From Octopus sinensis (taxonomy: Eukaryota): a DNA stretch of 64,000 nucleotides. Each line of letters opens with the position of its first letter. The first letter of the stretch is position 1. The stretch lies in the NCBI RefSeq assembly GCF_006345805.1, contig NC_043000.1:74958001-75022000 (forward strand), read 5' to 3'. A program made the translations under genes and the position numbers. Below the pieces are notes generated by a model, which made no database searches, had not been told where the DNA came from, and was given only the letters and a program-made list of their open reading frames with translations. This document shows positions 63,505 through 64,000 of the stretch, in pieces.

Positions 63505-63562
63505 AGCCTCCCTAATGTGCTTGCCCGGCAGAAAAGGCGCCAGAAGCAATCTTTATCCTGTT
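63505..63562 (+). CDS. NEK4: Probable NEK4-like exon (SLPNVLARQKRRQKQSLSC)
   Basis: ttttaattgtag acceptor, strong GTAAGT donor, phase 0 to 1; basic motif recalls ARERRR.KQ in the vertebrate NEK4 tail. Confidence 0.65.
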
Positions 63563-64000
63563 GTAAGTATTTCTCTTTTACAGTGCATATTATTTAAAGT
63601 TCTAGATTAGTATAACATGGATAACTAAGACTGCATGCCTATTAATATATACAGTTCTGTGTCTCACTGTTCAACATTCATACAGTGAGACATAGAACTG
63701 TATATACTAATAAGCTTGCTGTAATTGATAAAATAAAATCCCTATAAGATATTAGCTATATTTTTTCCTACTTTGAAACATTGTCCTTGTAACTAAGCTG
63801 AAATAATTATTGTCTTTTGGCTGCAACATGTAATGAAATGTGTTGGAGAATGCTTGTTCAACTTGTAGAAACATGGAAAAACAGACATACGATGAGGATG
63901 AGGATGAAGAATGTAATGATAATGATTATGATATTATCCTATTTTCTTTATTTCCTCCTCAAGTTTTCCTCTCCCTCCTACCAAACTTTACATGTACTTT

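Overview
Eukaryotic, AT-rich, microsatellite-rich genomic DNA. Its RTE and SINE families look like those of a coleoid cephalopod such as Octopus (inferred, not searched). The only host gene I can support is a + strand NEK4-like Ser/Thr kinase. Eight spliced exons are traceable with GT-AG sites and consistent phases: four encode the C-terminal part of the kinase domain ([23 protein letters not shown]) and four encode a low-complexity tail. The gene runs off both ends of the window. The introns (one is 31 kb) are almost entirely transposon debris: many RTE LINEs (one near-intact), CR1-like, R4/Dong-like and Penelope-like elements, two Ty3/gypsy elements, mariner fragments, three hAT elements (two with perfect 8-bp TSDs), Helitrons, piggyBac-type MITEs and SINEs. 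There are no rRNA, tRNA or CRISPR features. The most unusual signals are structural: (1) a 1.18-kb modular palindrome (foldback element) inside a hAT; (2) a gypsy element whose 3' end and LTR are inverted relative to its 5' part, with a junction patched from short local copies; (3) an unclassified AT-rich family forming nested long inverted arms; (4) an ultra-short RTE insertion with a snap-back copy of its target; (5) a PHD-like C4HC3 finger embedded in the RT of the resident RTE family. Boundaries described as approximate were estimated by eye. I see no clear evidence of a new multi-gene system.
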